From the NCBI RefSeq assembly GCF_009914755.1, contig NC_060925.1: DNA of 64,000 bases. One strand, written 5' to 3'. Positions 57,257 to 64,000 of this stretch are shown here, piece after piece. The stretch's first letter is position 1, and every line of letters begins with the position of its first letter. The position numbers were made by a program, and so were the translations under genes. Source of the stretch: the human T2T-CHM13v2.0 reference genome, Homo sapiens. The notes under the pieces were generated by a model. That model did not search any database. It saw only the letters and a list, made by a program, of their open reading frames with translations, and was not told the DNA's origin.

Positions 57257-57552
57257 TCATGCACACCTGTGCTTCATTTCCTCTGCACAAATTTAACAAT
57301 GCCTCACACAGGGACTAGAAGTTACATGCTCTGATGTTGACTATAAAGGGATGGACTTGGACAAGGCACTTGAGTCTCTTTGTGCCTCTTCTATAAAATG
57401 AAAGGGCTGAAGAAGATGATGTCTTAAATCCCTTTCAGCTTTCATTTGTTATCACTCTTTCTGAATTAACTTATCTAGTATCTTTCCTTCCTTCCGTTCT
57501 TTTTAATTTACCTGTCATCTCTTTATCTTTCCCAAGTATTTTTGAGGTTGTT

Positions 57553-57730
57553 CCAGAGATGGATTTAAGCTAATGAAGCTTAAACTTCAGGATCCCTCAC
57601 TGAACTCCTTCTTAATTTATATATATATATATATGTATAATTTTATATTTTAATGTTAAGTTGTTTTTCTTAAAGAGAAGTCACAGAATTGTACACATTT
57701 TATGTCCCACAAAGTCTGCACTTGCCCCTG
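57553..57730 (+). mobile_element. MER53-like hAT MITE with internal (TA)n
   Basis: cagagatggattt aagctaatgaagcttaaacttcagg...cccacaaagtctgcacttgcccctg. Confidence 0.7.
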
Positions 57731-59909
57731 GGTGTGTTAGGAAAAAAGACAAATACAAATGAGAGTATCAAAAAATAGAATTTAAACAGAAGATCCGAGA
57801 AAAAGAATAGAAAGAAAATAGGCCAAACATTAAATGCTAAACAGTTTCCCCAGCTGAGCATCAAACTGAGCTCTGAGTTTCATGGAAGGCAAAGTGGTAA
57901 AAGGAATTTGTACATTGCCTAACTCTTGTTATAAGAATGTTGCATGTGTTCAAAGACAATATGTATTATTAATATTAACAATTAATATCCATTAATCCTG
58001 AACTCTGAGAAATCTCAGTGGAACACTTTATAGGGGATAAAATCACCCTTTGACCAAAAAGTGATGTTTTCACAATGATAGTAAGTTTCATGGAAATAAG
58101 TAATAAATTTTCTGATCCAATATACATTGAGCAACTCTTATGTCATCAGACATTGTCCCAGGCAGATCCAACAGGTGCAGAAGGCAACAAGACATGGAAC
58201 TTGTGCCCTCAGATCTGTCAGGCAAACACATTAAAAAAATGCAAAAACAAGTTGATAAATTGATCATGGAGGCCTGTACAAAATGCTATGGGATCACAAA
58301 GGAGAGAGTAGCTAACTCACATCAGGGATGTGGAGGAGGAAGGAAATAAATAACTTCTGAGCTCAGTTTCAAAGGTAATAATATTCTTTACATGGTAGTT
58401 GTCAATTCACAGAGAATGCTAAAAAACTGCCAACATGTGCCTAGACAGTTTTCCTAAGCACAGTCTGACTCTCATTCCTGTGGCTTTTAGACATAGTCAC
58501 TGTTTGTTGTAAGATGGAATTGCATTCATTGATTCATTCCTCACAAACCCCAAAGATACCCCACCTTTCATGAAATAAATTGTTGCACTTCATTTCTAGC
58601 CCTTTCCGTCTTATCCCCTCAAGTGTTTGAGGAATTTCTCCTGGCTTACCTGTAGCCTTTCTAGTGGATTTATGAGTTTATTCAATTCTTTATCTGTGGA
58701 GAACCACAAACAAGGTATTTGGACATTAAAATAAGAAGCATTAGAAAAAAATAATGATATTTTAAAATATAGTAGTGGACATCCCTTGGTGTTCAGATAT
58801 TTTCAACTTCAAAGGTCTTTATTCAAATGAGCAGTTTAAAAATCTTTTCTAAGCAATTCCCATTTTACAGCAGAGGAATAGAAAAAATGACTCATCTGGC
58901 AGCACCTCAAAAAATTGTAAGCCACAAAATGAGGAACAGCCTGAATTTTAAGCAACCAATGTTAGGTAATAGAAAACATCTTAGTGAGAAAAACAGAATC
59001 TCCTAATAGCCTCGCTTGGTGAGGTTTGGAAACTTGGAACAAACATTGCTCCCCTGCCCTGGTACTAAAGGAATGAAAAAATTTCTGCATCTTTCCAAAG
59101 TATTCAGCTGCAGCAAATACTGCATCAAACAGTCTTGCGGCTTTGTTTTTCATTGTATGGTGCCAAACACCCTGAGATCTCTGCCTTGCATAATGCCTGG
59201 CCTTCTAGCACCTTGTAAGTTTGTAAAGACATGAAAAGTCTCTTCCTGCCATCCCAACTTCCATTCTCTTTGATGGATTACAACAGGCAAGCAGTGCGTT
59301 GCAATGGAGCAGGATTTTCAATCATGGAAAAATTTGGAACTTCTGCAATTGATACTAAAATTATGATGCTGCCATCATATCTCACTCAACAGAGGATTTG
59401 CAAAAAAAAATAAAGATTCAGTATCAAGTCACTGTCACACTGCAGCAGAGGTAGTCTACTGAAGTGTCAGGTCAGGAATTCAGCAGTCCTTTGCAGAAAT
59501 CACGTTCAGCTTGAAATTCATAGGGTAGAGTTAAAACATGGACATGGAAATTTGGATTTCTAGTTTTGGTTGATCAGTAATTAAGCTGAAGCACTACAAA
59601 TTCTGAGCATTTAAAATCAAGATATTTTTTGTGTTTCTAATAACTAAAATTAAGACTTCATTCTTTCCAGGGTTTAAAAGAATCAGAGTAAGTCTTAATT
59701 TCTTATTCTCTCCTACCCACTAAAAAATAGGAAAATAGTTTTAGGTTTTAAAGAATACAAAGCTAGAAATCTCTGAGCAAGCTAAAATGATTAGTTAAAA
59801 TAAAACAAGGGCTGTTGTTCAAAGATAAATACTAAAATAGAACCTTAATGATTTTCACAGTTACCACCTGTTACTATACTTCAATGATGTGAAGAACAAG
59901 TCTGAACAA

Positions 59910-60465
59910 CTCATTAACAGCTACCGTTTATTGGCCGCACACCATGTGTCAGACATTTTTATGGATTATCTCATTCGATCCTCACGGCAGCCCTCTGCAG
60001 TAGATCTTATTAGCCCTTTTTCAGATGAGGAAACAGTGCAAAGAAGCTAGCAGACTTGCCTAAAATCACCCAGCAAGGCGGTATAAAGCAGAATTCTCAC
60101 TGAGTTCTGTCTGCTTTCCATCGCATGCTCTCCTACCCAAATTAGTGGTGAAGATGTAAATCTCTGGCTTTTAATTAACAGCATCTATCATAATGTTGCT
60201 TGGTGAATGAGCTATAACAATAATAGTAATCATCGCAAAGATGGACCTAGTACATACTACCTGTCAAGCAATACTCTGAGTGATTTACATCTATCAGTTT
60301 ATATAACTCTTGCAGCAACCCTAAGAGGTAAAAAACTGAGCTACAGAGGGCATAAGCAACTTGCCCCAAAGTCATGTGGTCAGTGAAAATTTAGGAGTTG
60401 GAGTCAAGCATCAGACTCAGAGAGCCTGGCTTCTGAGCCCAGACTATTGGCCACAGCACTATATT
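59910..60465 (-). mobile_element. Two MIR fragments
   Basis: ttttcagatgaggaaacag and aaactgagctacagaggg...aacttgcccc cores. Confidence 0.7.
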
Positions 60466-61026
60466 GCTGGGTTAGATACAGACTAAATTCATGTCCACAT
60501 TTATACCAAGTCCAGCCATATTCTGAAATGGCTTCTCTACCTTAGCACAACTTGTGAATTAAAGTGAAAGCTGAAAAATCGATGAAGTCCGTGATCAATA
60601 TGCACAACCTAATGTATTCTTGAATTATTCTGCTCAATTGAGTTTCTATTACAGAGTTTAATCCACACATCTGACAAGTAAAAGAATAAAAATGATGGTT
60701 ATATGAAATTAATCAAATAAAATGCCACGTGATTTTCAACAGCTAACACATGCATCTCATAACACATTTTAAAAGGTCTATTGCATATGTGAATATATTT
60801 GCACGTGTCCATAGAGTGTATATTTGGTACTCTGTACCCATAACTTAAGCCTGGTTTAATATCTAGTTTGAACCACATACAAATGTTCATTAACCTTATA
60901 GGGAAACACAAAATGTTGGATGTCAAAAGCTTACTTGGACCAGATGCCGAAATGAGTATTAACTTCCCAACTCTGATGAGCCCAGGAGTTCTAGAATGAA
61001 ACAAAATGGTTTCAATTGCTGGAAAT

Positions 61027-61093
61027 TGTGTGTGTGTGTGTGTGTGTATAATGTGTATATGCATATATATGTGCACCTGTATTTTGTGTGTGT
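61027..61093 (+). repeat. (TG)10 plus degenerate TG/TA tract upstream of the microexon
   Basis: Read directly. Confidence 0.9.
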
Positions 61094-61217
61094 GCTAATT
61101 TCTTAATAGTCTGAATATTATCAAGTGTCAAGTTTCTAAGATTTTTATATTAAGTTAAAGATGTTATGTACTAATAAATAGCTAACAGCTTTTCTTTATT
61201 GTTTTCTTTTTCTCCAG

Positions 61218-61244
61218 GTATCCCCAGTATTTCCAGTATTGGTA
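61218..61244 (+). CDS. NTNG1: Netrin-G1 27-nt microexon encoding (C)IPSISSIG
   Basis: Acceptor gttttctttttctccag (AG 61216-61217), branch-like tactaat/gctaac at 61169-61186, donor GTA|gtaagt (61245). Joins the previous exon in frame (T|GT=Cys) to give TANTCIPSISSIG, matching the known protein. Confidence 0.95.
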
Positions 61245-61252
61245 GTAAGTAA
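61245..61252 (+). CDS. NTNG1: Read-through extension Ser-Lys-stop of a truncated, GPI-less netrin-G1 isoform (G1f-type)
   Basis: GGT AGT AAG TAA across the donor. Agrees with my recollection of a described short isoform ending in SK. Confidence 0.7.
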
Positions 61253-63062
61253 AAACAAAAACAAAAAAAACACCAAACCAAGTCTAGGCTAGCTTTGCTT
61301 TGTTGTTCACCTCCTCAGATCTATTTTCCCAGTGTCCATTTCTGATGTAATAGGGTATTTTCTTTGTGAATTGCATTTTTGTGTTGGTTTTCTGCACAGA
61401 TCTGGTGAGAACACAGATAAAGTGATTATTTGTGCATAACTCCATGAACATGGCAGTGCTATGACTTTTCTGACTACTCTTAACCAGTGAGGGCTACCTA
61501 GACTCAGGTGCAATTCCTTAGATAATCATCATTCAGGAAAAATATAAGTAGTCCTATTTATCCATACTTAGCAACCAACAAACAAATTGAACTCTCTCTT
61601 AGACTGGATTTGGATGTCTGACATAATTTTAAAAAGCAGAAAATGAAAGCCAATGAATGCCTTGGGTATATGCATCAGAACCCAAGAAAAAGTCCATGAT
61701 ACCAAGGGAAGGGAATTTTGTTAATGCATTAAATTCTATGTTTTGTGAAGGCCTGAAACAGGCAAATTTGTGATCAGTAGTCTCTCTGGAGAGATAAAGG
61801 AAAAAGAGAATCTGTACATTCATTTCTCCTTCCTAAAATACGATGATCTATGTCTTCTTGACTACTTAGCTTTGAGTTTGATATAGAAAGAGTATAAAAA
61901 ATATGTGCAGAATTTGGGAGTGAGAGTACTAGAAATTCCTTTAATAAATCTGTTAGTATGAATCCAAGCAATTGAAGAGAAACCGCTCTTCAACCATCTG
62001 TAGAACACTTCCCCGGTATCACTACAAAGAACTTTCTTCCAGCTATCATGGGAGAACCAGGTGTAGCTCCCGCTTCATGTGTAAAATAATGATGCCCTCA
62101 TGCCAAGCCTGAAATTCACATTAAGAAAATGCCCAGTAACTTTACAGAGCAAAATTTTAAATTTTTTTTTATACATTGCACCCTTTATCTCTAATGGCTA
62201 AAATCTTTGAACAACTACTAAGTAACTGATTACAAATAAATTACCGAGAAAGCAAGATTACGCATGGTAAGCGGAGAGAATTTTCACTGTAGTGTCATCC
62301 CCTCACAGGCTTGTGTCATAGGTGCTGTGCCAGGCAGGGTGATCGCAGTGTAAATAGCCATTGAATGATTGCGATTCCCAGCATCCATCTAAAAAGCAAT
62401 ACTCTGATAATTTGGATAAAGCAACTTCCTGCTTCTTATAAATGCGCAGTCAGGTGTCCCAATTTATAAATCAACCCAGTTTACTTGAGCTTGTGAATAG
62501 GCCTGGACACTGATTTGTTAAGCGCTAGATGTGGTAAATGCCATGAAAATTGGCCACTTTGTAAATAGAAGTAGTGTTCACATCCATTTAGAGATACCAG
62601 CCTAATGCTACAGCATCCTCTTTGTGATCTTGTTGAAACAGCATCAGTGTTAAAAACTTGCAAATGAAAACCTTCAGCTCTAATAGTCTAATTTTTCTGC
62701 TTTAGTATCCCCCTTGGCATTTGCCTAACTGTATATATACCCCACAATGTGCTCCTTTCAGGCCTTGACAATTGCATTTGCACGTGCATTTTAGTGCAAC
62801 AGGGAAGCAAGTAGAAGCAAGCTGACACAGATTATTGAGGCTGCTATAGTGATCTGGCCTGTCAGAAGTTTCAGAAATGGATGGATGGAAAAGTAGTTCT
62901 TTGGCGTTGGGGTGTCTTTCTGTTTGGAGTGTCAGTTGTATGTTGCATGGCCCCTCTAACTGTACTGCTCACTCGACATCCCATTCGGCCGCCTCCACCA
63001 CATTCCCCATATCTGAGCATCAGCAGATGTTGACCTTTTACACATCAAATCAGGAAATTTCT

Positions 63063-63088
63063 GTTTTGTTTTGTTTTGTTTTGTTTTG
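63063..63088. repeat. (GTTTT)5 repeat
   Basis: Read directly. Confidence 0.9.
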
Positions 63089-64000
63089 AAATCAGTGGTG
63101 ACCTGAAAGGATGCTTCGTTGTGCCTTTGAAAAAAATATATTAACCTTTATTATCGAGAACCTAGGAAAATTTACTCCTAATAAAAACCCTCTGACTAAA
63201 AGTGATATTTTGGACTCTCCCTTCAATATGCCTCTGGCTGTTCCGCTTAGAATGCAATGGGTATTTTCTCAGATTTCCAGCAAACAGGATGTAAGAGCTT
63301 CCAGAGGTCACCCAACATCACACATGACTAGCTTACCTGTTTCCTGGCTTTTAAGGTAAAGAGTTACAGTAAAACCATCAAACGTGATTGTATCTTCTAG
63401 GCTGCTTTAATGGCATTCGAAAGTTCCTTCTTTGTGGGCTTATAAGTTGCTTTTTGCGTGCACTCGTGGATTCCTTTCCCCTCCAAAGGGCAAGAATTCA
63501 CACGTAGACGACACTGCCGGTTCCAGAGGGCACGGGAATGGGGTTTTCAAGGTGCAAGCCAGAGAAAAGGAAGCTGTTTGGATATTTAGCTAAGTTATGG
63601 GTGTTTGCCAGTGCTTTTTGCATTACCCCAAAGAAGGAATCAATGACTATAATTCCACTAACTATATAGAAAGATACCATTATAGCAGATGTAACACCCC
63701 TGAGACCCCGATTATCACAGCATAGCTCAAGGAAAATAAATGATGTATATTATCGATGTAGATTATTGATGTATATAACCATCAGTTTACATACATATTC
63801 TGTATACACAGTGATTAAAGGTTTTGGAGCCCTAATAAATTTCAGTATAGATCTCAAAATGCCAACGCCTGTATTAAGGTTCAAATGCATGGATAGGGTG
63901 GTCATCCTTTCCGATCATCTGCTAAAAATGTTTTTGAAACAAATTTCCCATTAAGGTCATTCGTACCTGCTGTTGTCTATCTATTAACAAATAGGTTTCC

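Noticed and set aside
61253-64000. Further NTNG1 alternative coding exons
   Set aside because: No frame matching the downstream netrin-G1 sequence (for example NCECFGHSNRC) was found; those exons must lie beyond the window.

Overview
Primate (human-like) genomic DNA, AT-rich and repeat-dense, lying entirely inside the NTNG1 (netrin-G1) gene on the + strand. It holds two coding exons. A 173-nt exon (48687-48859) encodes the first laminin-type EGF module (R|[10 protein letters not shown]...KGTANT|C). A 27-nt microexon (61218-61244) encodes (C)IPSISSIG. Read-through of the microexon donor gives S-K-stop, a truncated form lacking the GPI anchor. The rest is intron: about 12 Alus, old L1M/L2/MIR fragments, a near full-length MST (MaLR) provirus, solo LTRs, DNA-transposon fossils and microsatellites. 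All other ORFs in the track are spurious. I see no convincing new gene or autonomous system. The best leads are the splice-or-stop architecture at the microexon, a candidate poison exon upstream of the EGF exon, an inversion whose breakpoint sits at a MER46/Tigger4 end, several template-switch scars, and young AluYd and L1PA2-like insertions. Repeat family names are from recalled consensus sequences, and boundaries of old elements are approximate.
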